A stretch of 64,000 nucleotides of DNA from Hyaloraphidium curvatum SAG 235-1 (lineage: Eukaryota; Fungi; Monoblepharomycota): NCBI GenBank assembly GCA_025558095.1, contig JAIVFI010000001.1:372001-436000 (forward strand), written 5' to 3'. Each line of letters opens with the position of its first letter. Position 1 is the first letter of the stretch. Positions 31,963 to 47,871 of the stretch are shown piece after piece. The position numbers and the translations under genes were made by a program. The notes beneath the pieces are model-generated. The model had not been told where the DNA came from. It did not search any database and saw only the letters and a list, made by a program, of their open reading frames with translations.

Positions 31963-34425
31963 CTATTGCACCATGCGGTGGTCTAAGCTGTACAGGTAGC
32001 TCTTGAATGTCAGGTGCAGAGCAAGTTCAGATCCATCATCATCAGCCCCATTCGCCTTCTTCGGCCCGCCTTTTTTTGCAAGGGAATCAACCACATGTTC
32101 CGGTACACCTTGCCTGAAGCGCACTTTGTACTTCCCACTCTGTCCGAAGGAGCCTTCCAGGACTCCCTTGACACCTACAGCCCCGGAGAAATGAATCATC
32201 ACGGCAGAGGCTTCACAAAACGGCCCACAGAGAGGCTTACCGTTACTGGTCGTAACAAACATGCCAATGAAGGGTTGCAAGACCGTTTCTCTCTTGAATA
32301 GACCCTTTCCAATGACAGAGTATCCATCCACAACCTGGAGGAATGATCAGCACAGAACAGCAGCACAGCAAGCTGGATTCGTACCCGTTCAATTGCACCA
32401 GTCCGCTGCTTCCATTTGAAAACCTTCAACCTCGGGAGTTCCTGCATTCTGTAGTCTTTAGACGAGTAAACTTGAAGAAGGTGTCCGTGGAAAGCCAGAC
32501 GGCAGGTCTTGTCGGCTGTGGCCAGAGTCAATGACCATAGCATGCAAACCATTGCCACTGGGCCCACTGATGTCGGAGTCAAGTTTTGAGGCAATGTAGA
32601 GAGATCCTGGCAATGCCAGCACCGGAACCTCAAGCTCAACCAAAGCAAAGCAAGAATCCGCATCGGGAGATGCCAAGTACAGGTACTCGTTCAGAATATG
32701 GAAGCTCTGGGGCTCCAACGGCTGTTGCTCTGGGTCTGTGACAAATGAGTGAGTTGCGTGATAGATCCCCACCAGGTCGACGCAGCTCACCCTGTTTGGA
32801 TGGATCTTGACCAAAGAACGTCACTAATCCAAGGACTGTCTCGTGCCCAAGACTAAAATGAAACTTTGCCTTTGATGCAACTGGCCCCTTGAAGTACTTG
32901 ACCTTCTGCACACTGACAATGGCTGCGTGGATTGTTGTCACTGCTCCCACGGATGCAGCCAGCCCCTTTTCCATGACATCAGGGTCAAGCTGGCTGACAC
33001 AGAGGCCCACTCGGTCCCCCTGGCAGATAGTGACCTATCAGCACGGGGACAATTCACGCTGCTTGCCCCCCACCTGTGCTGCAACAGTGACGGGCTTGCG
33101 GAACATCTGCATCGACTTGATCTTCTTGGTAACCTTTGCAGAGGGCAGCTCGATGGTCTGAGGAGGAAAGTGAGACGAGCAAGCCCACGTCGGCGTGTCG
33201 ACACGTGCCTCTCCAACTGCTACCTTGCCCCGAAGGACAGTGCCCGTCCTGCACGTGGTCAGCTAAATGTGCAAAGGCCAGGAGACAACAAGCCTACATA
33301 ACCGTGCCTTGTCCCTTGATGGCAAAGCAGTGGTCCACAGCAAACACAAACGAGCCATCCGTTGTCCTTGCAGGCACCTTCAGTGCGTTGCTGATTGTCG
33401 AAATGAGCTGCTCTAGGCCTATGCTAGTGACGGTATCCGACGTATCCGACTCCGCGCCAACATTCGCGGCCTGCAACTGGGACATGAGCGAGCTAAACAA
33501 CCAGCCAGCATCTGAATGCCCACCACAGGTACGATTGGGCAGAAGGCAAACGGGGTGTCCGCAAGCGTCTTCCGGAGCTTTGCAACGACCTGAGCACAGC
33601 TCATTCTTCAACGATCCCGAACGGCAATGTCCGTCCCTTTCACCTTGGAGATCTTGACGTCTCGGTCGGCCTCCTCAAATATGTCAACCTTGTTCAGTGC
33701 AATGACAAGGTCCTTCCCCGTGATCTCGGCCAGCACCAGGGACTGGCACCAATCAGCGTTGCTGCGTGAACGTGGAAGAAAGGCCTCACCTCCGCTGTTT
33801 GCGTTTGAATGCCTAAAGGAAAGGTGGGTCAGAACTCGCCTTGGTGGACTACCAGTGCCCGTTCCCACCTTTTCCAGCGTCGATCACGAGCAGCATGAGA
33901 TCAATGATTTGCGATCCTAGGTGTCTGTTGAACCGGACAACCCACTCTGTAGCAGGAACAGCCTTACCTCCGATCACCGTTCGAACGAAAGCGGCATGTC
34001 CTGGGCAATCGACCAAGGTAACCTTGCACCGCAGCCCGTAAAGCCAGGAAACGGAATGGAGTGCCACAAACGATCACCTGCAGATCATCGATACCGGCAT
34101 CACGAAACACTGGTGGAGGGTCCAAGTAGAAGGCGGAGAATCCCAGGTCAAGCGTGATCCCGCGACGACGGGACTCTTCCGCCAGAATGAGCAACTACGT
34201 CATCTTGGACACGATGACGTTCCATTCCCACCGGGATGCTTGTCGAACGCAGCGGTCGACGCGACAGTGCTAAGCGCCCTTGCTGGCGACGCATTCAAAC
34301 TGTGCCCGCCTCGGCTGGACCACGTCCAACTAACCAAGACTCGTCTTCCCGCTGTCAACGTGTCCCATGATTCCGATCGAGACATTGAACGGAGGCTTGG
34401 ACCCTCCGCCCGAAGCTGGCGGCAT
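31963..34425 (-). CDS. EEFSEC: Selenocysteine-specific translation elongation factor (multi-exon)
   Basis: FNVSIGIMGHVDSGKTSL|ARALSTVASTAAFDKHP|ESRRRGITLDLGFSAF; TLVDCPGHA; SQIIDLMLLVIDAGK; FAVDHCFAIKGQGTVM; C-terminal GVLEGSFGQSGKYKV and LHLTFKSYLY. Confidence 0.93.
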
Positions 34426-34615
34426 CTCGACGACGGGTGGAGTGGGGGACGATTTTTGAGGCCCTTTTGAGACGCCGCTCCGTCGCGGGGGATCCCAGCT
34501 CGGCCCTCCACTTCTGACTTCCATAGAGCCTACTACAACGCGACGCGCTTCACGGTTAACGGTAGCAGATCGTGCGTTGTATCATTGGCGTGCAGTTAAT
34601 ACGACAGCTCTCGTG

Positions 34616-35964
34616 CTATAGGACCCCAGGGGAGTCGTACCCATCCGAATCCTCATCGTCATCCGCCATTCCCGCCGCCTGCGATGACTTTCGCGCCGCG
34701 CCGCCTTGCTGTCGTTGCGATTGCGAAGGCTGCGAAAGCGACGGCCGCTCGCTCTCCTGCGTTGGCCTGCCTCGAGCTCTGCGGTCAGGCTCGGGTTCCA
34801 CCGCCATGGCATCTTCGTCATCGTCCGATTCGCTGTCTGCCACCCTTCGGCGCGCCTGTCTGGGCTGGGTCCGAGTCGGAGCAACCCGTTGCGTTCCAGG
34901 GGCACCGCGGCTGCTGACCGACTGCGACTGCGGTTGCGAAGGCCGGGATCTCCCCACGCTCACGCTTGGTCGCGATCGCGCTTGTGACGGTGCCTCCGGC
35001 TCAGATTCCTCCGACTCCTCTTCGTCGTGCTCGGCGTTGCCTGTGAACGGGTGCCATCAAGGACGAGTCAAGAGCATCGTTGTCGCACCAACGCAAGGAG
35101 TCCAACTGGTCCATCAAGAGCCTTATCTTTCTCTTCTTGGAGTTCAGCACTTCCCTGAACTAGGCCACCCGAAATCAGAGGAGGATAGAGTGCCCGACAA
35201 CCGCCACCGTACCTTCAGGTACAAGACGTCTTCGTGCTCTGCCTTGGTCCGCCTCATCGATTCCACTTCCTTCAATGCTTTGTCCCGCAAAGATTCCGCC
35301 CCTTCCAGCTTTCGGGACGCACCAGCGTTGTGCGACTAGTCGGTCCAAGTCAGGCAGGACCGTTGTGTTTCCAAGCACTGATACGCACCACCAGTCGCTT
35401 CTGCATGCCGACAGCGTCCGACATCATTCTGACCCAAAGGACGTCGGCCTCCGGATGCGCCACACCGCTCAAGTCGAGCTCGCCGAGAACCACCTGGGAA
35501 GGAAGCGACGTTGAACGCCGAGCTCCTGGCATTCCACGGAGGGCAGCACCTCGAAATCGTCCCCCAGGTTCACGAGCCAGACCAGCTTCACGGACCCCGT
35601 GCTCGAGCCTCCGTTCTCCCCATGGTCCGAAGGAAACGTGATCCGCAGGGTCAACACCTGTCCGTCCACGGGCGCGCCGTTCATCAAGGCCAGCTTCGTA
35701 TGTCTCCACCACCCGTCCCTCGGGACGATTCGGTCGGCGGGCCGCTTGTTTGCCAAATTGCGTGCATAGACTGCGGAGAGGGTGTCAGGCACCCCCTTGA
35801 CGCGTGACCGGTCCGGGCGGACCTTGGCCCGACCACGTTCTCCGGGGGTCAAGCGCGAGGACGATCTGGAACAGGGGGGCGTCCGAGTCCTCCACGAAAG
35901 CGGTGTCCTCTGACAGGTCGGTCCACAGAAAGGAGCGCTTCGGCTCCGGAATCTCAAAGATCAT
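34616..35964 (-). CDS. XRCC4: XRCC4/Lif1-like non-homologous end-joining protein
   Basis: Beta-rich head, coiled coil, spliced motif EDVLYLK|FREVLNSKKRKIRLL (cf. XRCC4 LYKRFILVLNEKKTKIR), acidic SQ-rich tail. Confidence 0.75.
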
Positions 35965-36078
35965 TTTGGCGGAGCTTTCGCAGCAGGTATTGCGTTACGG
36001 TCGCGCTGTGTTCGCGGGGTTCTGGCGGCGGGCCGGCCCGCGCGACCTTTATCAACAACCAACGGGACGCGCGGGGAG

Positions 36079-39000
36079 ATGGAAAACGATGCGACGCTCT
36101 CCGTGCGCGTGGAGCTCATAAGAGACCCGCCGGATCGAACCATCGTCGGGGTCAACCGCGCGCTGTGGGATGCGCTGGGCCGCCAGCGCGGACGCCGCTT
36201 CGCCCCGCCCGGCGGGAAGCTCGGCCCGCGGGTGCTCGTCGTGCTCGGGCTCGACGCGCTGCGCGGCGCATCGCCGGCCCAGCAGAGCGACGGACCGGCC
36301 CCGGCCGTCAGCAGGGGCCTGACGCTGCGCCGGAAGAACGTCGCGCGTGCCCTCGTCCCGCGGCAGGCCTGGGGGACAGTCTCTCCCTGCGGCACGGACT
36401 CGGACGGCGAGGTCGCGCCAAACTCGGCCGCCTCCATCGGCCACGTCGTCTCCTATGCCGTCCTGCGCGACGTGCCCGGCGAGGCCGCGACGCTGTGGGT
36501 CTCGCAGGAATGGCTCGAGGACAACAAGATCCCCGTCTCCCTCCTGTTTCCGGATTACAACGAGCGGCTGCGGAACGGGGAATTGCCCGTGGGCACATGC
36601 ACGGTCTCGACGTGTGGTTTCGTTGAGTTGTCCGAGGTCATCTTGGAGTGTGATGGCGGCGACGACCATTCCGGGGAACCTGCTTCGACGGAAGGCACTA
36701 TCGGCGGCGAGGTTTCGCCGAATTGGACACCCTACGGCGTCGCCAGCCATCAGAACTCGCGGGCATTGATCCAGGCGCTGAAGTCGAACCTGCTGCCCAT
36801 TCTCCGCCAGAAGAGCGATGTCGTCATGCAGCTACCCATTCCGGACTCGGCGGCTGACGGCCTATCGCCCAAGCTGATGGACATTCGCGTGCACGTCCTC
36901 ATGTGCGGCCCAACTGTGCAGGGTGTCGTAGGGGATCGTACCGTCGTGGTGGTCGTCAAGAGCCCGCGGGAGCCCGCGGTCTCGGATCACGGGGAGTCTG
37001 GCCGGAAATCGGACAAGGTGGTCCTTTCTGTAGACGCCGTCGCTCCGGATTCCACAAACGGGACCGAACGGAGCGATGCCGCTCCGATTAATGGTTTGAA
37101 GCTGAAGTCGGACGACCTTCTTTCGCCGGACGATGATTGGGAATCCGCCTCGGTTGATTCATCGGACTCCACTGCTTGGCTTGACACCCTGGTGCCCGAG
37201 TTTGGCCAGGGAACGGGAGAACGAGAGGTACAAGTCGACGGCCTGAGCCTCCCCGTCCCCCTGAGCCAGGCTACGGAGGCCCTCGCTGGTTTGCCCCACG
37301 AGAGCATGCTTAGGACCAAGAGCTTCCTTGCGGTGCCGCTTGCAGCACCTTTCCCGAGCGCAGGTCTCCATCCCCCCGTGCAGCCAGGGGATGACACGGG
37401 CAACATCGTTCTGGTGGATTGGAAACAGATGGCTTCGGCCAGATGGGGCAACGTCGTTTCCGGGGACTGGGTGCTGTTGCGAAGTCTGCCTGCCGAAGGC
37501 GAGGACGACACTCCGGATGACGGTCGGATGGCGCGCATCTTCGGGATCGAGGTGGACGCGGCCGTCGGGGCGTTCTGGAAGCGTCAGCTGGCAGCCACCC
37601 CGAACTTGCCCGGCGCATGCTGCTGGATGTCCCCGCTTCTCCATTACAACCTTCGGTCCGGTGCGGCAGGCTTGGGGAACTACGAGATCAAGATCTCGAT
37701 CCTGCCGAGCCCCTACAACCGGCAACCGCCGCACGAAGCAGCGGATGTCGTACTCACCCGGATAGCGAGCCCCAGCTTGAACAAGAGGGACGTGCTCGAC
37801 GCTGCGTTGGACGGATTGAAGGCCTGGTTCGAGGCCGGTGCCCGCGTCGTGAGCGCGGGGGATTTCCTTCCGATCGTGGTGGACTTGGAAGACGCCCGCG
37901 TCAAGGCCAAAGTGGTCGAACCCACGGCGAAGGTCGTGAGCCTGGCCAATGCGCGGAACGATTCGGATGCCGCTGCGACGAAGGACATTGTCTACTTCAA
38001 AGTCGTCTCGATCAAACCGCCCGCGGTGCGTGCGCCGCAGTACGGACGGTCTTTCATCGTCAACCCCCTGAAGAGCACCATGACCGAATCCGGTGTCGAG
38101 TTTGCTCGCTATCCGCCGGGCATCCGTGACTACCTTCACGGAGCAGCGCGGAGTCAACCAAAGCGGGGTGAGTAGATCCTTGCACGTCATCCAGGGATGC
38201 TCATGCGTTCATCAGCTTCGGATGAGCCTCTGGCTGCCGATCCCTCTCGCTTCGTCACCTCCCTGATTTCGACAACCCTGCTCCCCTCTGCACCGGGACT
38301 AAACCTGTCTTTGACGTTGCTCTTGCACGGGCCAAAGGGCGGGGGTAAGCGCCACCTCATCAAGCAATGCTGCGCCGCGACGCGCGTGAATTACTTGGAG
38401 ATCAATTGCTACGACATTGCCGGCGATTCCGAGGCAAAGACAGAGACGAATTTGAGGGACGAATGGAAGTTGTGGGAGGATGCATGCCCCGTGGTGGTCG
38501 TGATGCGGAACCTGGAAGCCCTCAGCAAGATGGACAAAGGGGAAGAGGTCGCCGGAAAACGTGGGTCCTTCGCCGCCGGCGCGGCGGGATACTGACGCCG
38601 GTCTGCAGAGCCGCATCTCGCCACAGTGCTCCAGGACCTGTTCAAGCGCCTCCCAAACATTCAGCTGGAGCATAATCTCTGCCCTCTAATCTGTGTCGGC
38701 ACGACCTCCGATCCGGAGAAATTGCCGCAAGCGGTGCGCGGGTGCTTCCGCCACGAGCTTCGCATCGATGCGCCCGACGAGGACCAGCGCCGCGGGATCC
38801 TGCAGGGCCTTACTGAGCGTATGCCGCTGGCGCCCGACGTTCGCATCGAAAACCTTGCTCTGCAGACCGCTGCCTTGAGCGCTCGGGACTTGCGCGACAT
38901 GGTGGGGCGCGCTGCGCTGGAGTCCTTGAAGCGAGCGAGCCTGCAGCTTGCCAAGTGGGTGCCCATTCCTGCACTGACGAGGTCCAGCTAACGGACGTAC

Positions 39001-40301
39001 TTAAAGACCGGGGGAAGAAGCATCCGAGTCGGATACGGCCGCTTTGGAGCACGACATTTTGGCGGCTGGGGTGTGCTTGACTGCAAAGGACTTTGAGATG
39101 GCTCTTGAAAAGTCGCGCAAGGAGCACGCCGACAGCATCGGAGCGCCAAAGGTGTGTGCCTCAATGCCTGCCTGGCACAGTGACACTCACTCGGAGCAAA
39201 GATTCCAACGGTGACCTGGGACGATGTCGGAGGCTTGGCCAGCGTGAAGTCACAGATCATGGATACGATCCAACTTCCTTTGGAGCATCCGGAGCTCTTT
39301 GCAGGCGGCATGAAGAAGCGGTCCGGTATTCTGCTTTACGGACCGCCTGGAACCGGTGCGTCTCTCGAAGCCTCTACTTTGCCCCCGCCTGACCGTCCGT
39401 ACTCAGGCAAAACCCTGCTTGCCAAGGCGGTCGCCACGGAGTTCACCCTGAACTTCCTGTCCGTCAAGGGCCCGGAGCTTCTGAACATGTACATTGGCGA
39501 GTCGGAAGCGAATGTGCGCAAGGTCTTTCAGCGTGCCCGGGACGCGCGACCTTGTGTCATCTTTTTCGACGAGCTGGATTCGGTCGCTCCGAAGAGGGGC
39601 GACAAGGGCGACTCTGGAGGCGTCATGGACCGCATCGTGTCGCAGCTGCTTGCCGAACTGGACGGCATGAGCTCTGCCGGCGGCTCTGGGAAGGGGGATG
39701 TGTTTGTCATTGGGGCGACCAATCGTCCTGACCTGCTGGACAGCGCACTGTTGCGACCCGGCCGGTTCGATAAGCTCCTCTACCTGGGCGTGTCGGACGA
39801 TCACGATTCCCAGCTGAAGATTATTGAGGCCTTGACCAGGAAATTCCGGCTGCACCCGGATCTGGACCTCCGCAAGGTGGCCGAGAAGTGCCCCTTCAAC
39901 TACACGGGCGCCGACTTCTATGCCCTTTGCTCGGACGCGATGCTTAAAGCCATGGTTCGGAAGATCGCGGAGGTCGATGAGAAGATTGGTGGGTGTCTGG
40001 CGGGTTCCTTTTCTCAACCTTCTTGCCCCTCAACCGCTTCGCAGAGGCAATGAACAAAGCCGGGCCGCGCGAGGGTGCCCCGTACCCGATCACTCCGTCT
40101 TACTACTTGGAGCACATGGCGGCTCCCTCGGACTACCTCGTGGAAGTCCAGGAGGTTGACTTTGACGCTGCCCAGCGAGAGCTGGTGCCTAGTGTCCCGA
40201 TGGCCGAGCTCGAGCGCTACTTGCGCATCAGACAGAGGTTCGAGACGGCAACGGCGAAAAAGGAGGAGAAGGGGGTCGAGGAGGTTGCTGATGTCGAGTA
40301 G
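36079..40301 (+). CDS. PEX6: Peroxisomal AAA ATPase Pex6
   Basis: Degenerate D1 ([10 protein letters not shown]); D2 VTWDDVGGL...[24 protein letters not shown]...[18 protein letters not shown]...[19 protein letters not shown]. Confidence 0.95.
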
Positions 40302-40402
40302 ACCGATAGAAGATGCCGATCGATCTCTCGGCGTTGGGGACGCACGTGCACCGCCTGCGATGAGTGACGCGGGCGGAGACGCCAACAAACCAACGGTTCG
40401 CA

Positions 40403-41024
40403 ATGGCCATGGAAGCCGACGAGGCGACAACCCGCTTCTACAAAAGGATTCTGCTAGCCGGTGCCTCCATCACGTCGCTGACCACGATGGTGGTCACGAT
40501 TCGGCGGCAGATAGACGCCACGAACCGGATACCGATGAAGGAGCTGATGCGGGGGCGGGACCCCCGGGCCGTTGCGTACCTCTACTCCACCGGGGCTTTG
40601 GGGACGGCAACTATCCTGACGGGTCTGGCGGGTGTCGGCGTCATGACGGGCATTTGGAGCTACATGGGCGTGACGAATGTGGGTGTCCGCCTCGCACCTC
40701 CGGCAGGTCCCTGACGCTCCCAACCAGTTCCGCGAGTTCAACATCGCCGTTCGTGCCGCCGTTCAGCGGCGCTTTCCCAGTCTGGTGAAGACGCGGGACA
40801 CGGACATCAATTCTGTGCCAGAGGGCATCGTGGAGAGCGTCGACCCCACGGCTGACAAGGACCTCCGGGAAATGGTGGAGGCCGTCCTGAAGGAGATGAG
40901 GACTCTGGACAAGCAAGAGGACGTTCAAAAGGAGCAAAAGGACTCGCAGTTGCGGACCATCTTCCGCAAGGCTTTCCCGTGGTCGCAGCCAACGGCTGGG
41001 GGGGGCGGTTCGAGCGGTTCGTAG
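40403..41024 (+). CDS. Small two-TM mitochondrial protein, Aim11/TMEM242-like
   Basis: Two hydrophobic segments, ALGTATILT...MGVTN|FREF; one intron. Confidence 0.55.
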
Positions 41025-41061
41025 TCCAGCAATCGAATTGGCGACATGTGGCCGTCGAGAA

Positions 41062-44000
41062 CTAATCGATTTTCAACACTTTCTTCAACTGTGTTTGGGG
41101 AGATGATTAGCACGTCGCGCTCGCCATGGACCGGAAAGCCGCGTACCTTGACGACTGTTGCCCATTCCTCCTTGGACAAGTCGTCCCGGAACGTGCTCTT
41201 CAGAACATCAATCGATTGCCGGGTAATATGGCTGACGATCGTGTCCTTCTCCGTGAAGTGCCTTGAGACGGCGGGAGTGCGTGAGCCCAGAGGTGACAGG
41301 ATCTTGGCCATCTCCTCACCTTCCCACAAACTTGGGCGTCTCGTACTGGGGACAGTCGATCTTGATGGCAACGGCCGGTTCACCTTTCTTGACCACCTCC
41401 TTGGCTTTGTGGTTGAGCTCGATGGATGTCACCTTGCCCAGCGGCACAATTCCCCTCTGCAGAATGCGAATCAGCGCTTGTGCCCACCACAGCGCGAGTT
41501 ACCCACGTCTGCCGTGACCGCCGCCAGCGGTGTTCCGAGTCGAAGCTGCCCCTCGGTCACGTCGACGCCGATGACGATGGGGTTCCTCTTGTTGAAGACC
41601 GCACCGGGCACTATCCGCAGCACCGCCGGGAACACGGCCTGGGGAGCCTGATCTTTGCGTTTCGCCTCGGTCATTTCCTGCGGAGAGAGGCATTAGACTT
41701 TGCGTCATTCGGCCTCCTTGAAGGCGTCTCACGTTCATGTACGCGGTGAACTGGTCGAAGAGCCTGTAGATGACGTCGGCCTGGAAGATCTTGACGCCCA
41801 CTTCCTCCGCCAAATCCTCCGCGTCCTTGTCGATCTTGACGTCGAACGCGAGGATCTGCGCGTACTCGCGTGCGCGCTCCAGCATGACGCTGGCCCGGAT
41901 GACGTCCTTCTTGTGGACGGGTCCGATGTTGATCCCGCTGACGGGGATCTTCGAGTCCTGCAGGAAGCTCAACAGGGCTTCCAAAGATCCCAGCGTCGAG
42001 GCCTGGACGCAGACGCCCTTGCCGCTCTTGTCCAGCGCACCCATGAGCCCAACAAGGTCCTGCTGCACTTCCTCCATCAGGTCCTCTTCGTCGTCGTCGG
42101 GACCGACAACGAGCAACCGCGACCCCGCAATGGCCTTGTCCAGGTCGTTGGCGGCGATCTTCACACCCAATGCCGCCTTGACCTGTTTGTGGTGCACGTA
42201 TGCAGACTTGACGCGGATCTCCCGCATCGGCTGAGGTGTCAGCAGGGCCCGGATGTTGGTGACGATCGGTCCATTGAGCCCGCAGACCACTATCCGGTCT
42301 CCCTCGTTCAGCACGCCGTTGGAAAGGATGACATCGATGGTCGTTCCGAAGCCCTCGACAACTTTAACCTCGAGCACCGTCGCCTCAAGCTTGGACAGGT
42401 ACATGAGCGACTTGGTCATGCGCTCTTGAGTGAGCTTCACGACCAGGTTGAGCAGGTCCGGGATGCCTTCGCCGGTCTGCGCCGACGTGGGCACAAGGGA
42501 AACGTTGCGCGCAAAGTTGGTGTTCTCGTAGTAGAGGACGGCGTTGAGGCCCTGCTCGGCAAACTGGGTGACGATCCGCTGGATCCGCGTTTCGAACTCC
42601 TGCATGACGTTGATGCCCTGGTCCTTGAGGGATTCGCGCACGCTGTTGTCGGGCGTGGACTTCCAGCCGTAGAGACGGTCGATCTTGTTGACCGCGACGA
42701 CGAAAGGCGTCTTGCCCCGCTTCAACAGGTTGAGCGATTCGATCGTCTGGGGCTCGAGTCCGTTGAAAATGTCCACGACGAGGATGGCGATGTTGCAAAG
42801 ACTCGAGCCTCGGGACCGGAGGTTGGTGAAGCTCTCGTGGCCAGGGGTATCGATGCCCAGGAGGCCGGGCACCTTGTACTCGTAGCCGTCCGTGCGGAGA
42901 TTCGCCGTCTTTGCCTTGATGGCATCGATCGGGAAGTAGGTCGCGCCGATCTGCTGCGTGATGCCGCCGGCCTCGCCCTCCTGCACGTTGGTCTGCCGGA
43001 TCTTGTCGAGGAGCTTTGTCTTTCCCGCATCGACGTGGCCCAGGACGACAAAGATCGGCGACCGCAGCTCCCGGTTCTCCTCCTCGGCCCGCGCGGCCGC
43101 CGCAGCGGCGGCCTTGGCCTCCGCAGCCGAGGTTTTAGCCACCTCCTGTGCCGGTGCGGATGGTTTCCCATCGACGGCGCCTGCAAAAGCAGCAAGCTTG
43201 ATCAGGTGCGTCGCGCCTCCTCGCTGCGACGGAACACCGACCTTTGGCAGGAGACTTTGCCTCTGGCGTCGTCTTCTCCTCCTCCTCGTCGTCCTCATCG
43301 TCCTCGTCGGACCCATCCTCGGCTTCGTTCACCGCCGTGCCCTCGCCCTGCTCCGACTCCTTCTCGTCCGCCGACTCGTCGTCCCAGCTGGCCTTGACCG
43401 GGGCGGATTCGGGCTCCGACTCCTCGTCCCAGCTCGCCTTGACGGGAGCTTCCTCCGCGGGAGCGGCTTCTGCGGCCGGCTCGGAAGAGGACGGCGCGGG
43501 CTTCTCCTCCGCGGCCTCGACCGGCGTCGCCTCCTCGGACGCCGGGGGCACGGGGCTCGATGCTGCGGGAGCCGCCTTGTCCTGGGGCTTGCGCCGGCGG
43601 TTGTCGTAGACCACCTTGGTCTTCTTCGGCTTTTCCGCCGCAGCCTCGGAGGAAGGCGAAACACCTTCTTCCCCTTCCGCGAGGGCAGCCACCTTGACAC
43701 CTGCGCGCGGCAAAGTAAGCGCCATACCGATTGACGCGGGCACGGACAACCCCACCTTGAAGCTGCAGCATCTGCTGGTTTCGGATCTGCTGCTTCTGCT
43801 GCGCTTCCTTTTGTGCCTTGGTCAGGTATTTGCCCTGCTTCTTGAGCTCCTCCTTCTTGGCCTGCGATGTGGATTGGGTGTCAGCACCCGCCTTTCATGG
43901 CGATCCTGCCAAGGGCACCTTTTCCTTCTCCTTCTTCAAGCGCTTGGCCTCCTGGATGCGCTTCTCCTCTTCCTCCCGCTGGCGCTCCTCCTCCTCGATC

Positions 44001-44834
44001 CGTTTCCTCTCCTCTTCCTCGAGCCGCCTCGCCTCCTCCTCGGCCTTCTTTTGCAGCTCCAGCAGCTGCTTCAGCTGCCCCAGGCCCGCGGGACCCTTCC
44101 GCTTCTTCTTTGCGGCGTCGTCCTTTTCGTCCGCCGCCCCCGCCGACGGCTGCGCATCCTCCGCTGCAGCCTCGGCAGCGGGCTTCTCCTGGGCCTTGGC
44201 CGCCGCCGGCTTCTTGGCGGCCGCCTGCCGCGCCTTCCGCTCCTTCTCCTTCTGCTTCTTGGACTTTGGCCCAGAAGCGCCCTCCCCCTCGTCCTCAGAC
44301 CCCGAATCCGCCGCCGGCGCCGGCGCAGCAGGCGCCTTCGCCGCCGGCTTCTTCTTGGCGGCCTCCTTGGCGCTCAGTGCGCTCGCCTCGAGCTGCGCCG
44401 CGAGCTTCCGGATCTCCTCCTCGGGGTCCTCGGCCGCCTGCTTCCCCTTTGCCCCGCCCTTGCCCTTGGCCCCCTTCTTCTGGGCCGGCGGTTCATCCTC
44501 TTCCTGCGGCGGCGGGGTGGCCTCCTGCTGCGCGGCCAGCGGCTCCACGTCGTACTCTGCGCCCGGGTCAGCCCGGCCCGCCCCCGCAACGGATCCACGC
44601 ACCGTCGTCGTCCACCTGCTTCTTCTTCTTCCCCTTGGCGCCCTTGCGCGATGCGGCGGCGACCAGCGACATCAGCCCGCCGAGGTCGTTGCCCTCCTCG
44701 TCCATGTTGAACTGCGCGTCGCCGCTGGCGGCGGCCGCGGCCTCGGGCTCGGCGGGCGCCGGGGCGGGCGCGGCGTCGTACTCATCGTCGCTGGCCTGCT
44801 TCTTGCCGCCCGCTCCCTTCTTTTTCGGCGGCAT
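41062..44834 (-). CDS. FUN12: Translation initiation factor eIF5B
   Basis: [82 protein letters not shown]; charged N-terminus. Confidence 0.97.
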
Positions 44835-44928
44835 CGTGGCTACTCGGGGAGCTGGCTTGCTTGGTTAGTCGCTCGTTTTCTTATTTGCGTCTCAGAGGTG
44901 GAGTTGACAGCCCGAGCTGGTCACCGCG

Positions 44929-45766
44929 ATGCAGGCTTCCGGTGCCGAAAGCGGCGATTCGGCACCGTCTCGGGAGCGGGCAATCCGCATCGGCGTCCTA
45001 GGTGTGCCGGGACCCGGCGTGGCCGCGGCCGGAGCTGACTTCCGGGCAGCCCTGCAGGGCGCTTTCCGGGAACACATAAACATGCTCCGGCGGCTCAAGG
45101 GGGACGTCGCAGTGGAAGCGGTGGAGATCCGCACCCGGGAGCAGCTAGAGAGGTCGGACCTGGACGGCCTGATCATTCCCGGCGGGGAGTCGACGACGAT
45201 GGGGATCGTTGCCGAGCGGAGCGGGCTGCTGGAGCCGCTGCGGAAATGGGTCAACGTGGACAAGAAGCCGGTTTGGGTGAGGCGGCCTCCGAGCTAGCCA
45301 TAGCGGTGTGGCAGGCAGCTGATGCCAAGGTTTCCAGGGGACGTGCGCGGGCCTGATCTTGCTGGCGAACCAGGCGTCGCACATGAAGCTAGGGGGCCAG
45401 GCGCTCATCGGCGGGCTTGCGGTGACGGTCGAGAGGAACGCCTTCGGCTCCCAGATCGACTCGTTCGCGGCGCCGCTGTCTTCGCCGGCGATCCAGAACG
45501 GGGAATCGGACCCTTTCCAGGCGGTGTTCATCCGCGCGCCGCTGATCGAGACGATTGACGACGAGTCGGTGGAGACCCTGGCCAAGATCCGCCACGAGTA
45601 CCACGAGAACCGGGACGTGGGCGAGAAGGTCGTGGCCGTGCGGCAGGGACACATCGTCGGGACGGCGTTCCATCCCGAGCTGACGCCGGACCTGCGCTGG
45701 CACCGGTTCTTTGTCGATTTGGTGGCATCGAGACGGGCGGATGCGAGCGCTGCGGCTAGACAATAG
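44929..45766 (+). CDS. PDX2: PLP synthase glutaminase subunit (Pdx2/Sno)
   Basis: GVL|[21 protein letters not shown]|[27 protein letters not shown] and GTAFHPELT. Confidence 0.95.
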
Positions 45767-45938
45767 TTTGCTGAGGTGTCCCTTCTTTGGAGAAGTGGCG
45801 GTGCGCCTTGCGCTTCGGACCCAGCAGCCAGCAGGCCGCGCACGCGCCCACCGCTGCCAAACACGCTAACACCTGCCCGGCCCGCCCGAGCGTTCCTGTG
45901 CCCGCCCCGCCCCGAATCAGACCCATTCAACCGCCGAC

Positions 45939-47772
<1,834 letters not shown>

Positions 47773-47871
47773 TAGATAGCTCTTAGTTCGGGGGAGGGTC
47801 CGGCATCCGGCCCGTGTGATGTAACGCTGGGATACCCCAAACATGGTGTCATCGTCGAACTACGTAGCCAG

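Noticed and set aside
41700-45038. Long plus-strand ORFs (565, 364, 406 aa)
   Set aside because: Antisense shadows of eIF5B caused by high GC3; the same applies to many other overlapping ORFs in the track
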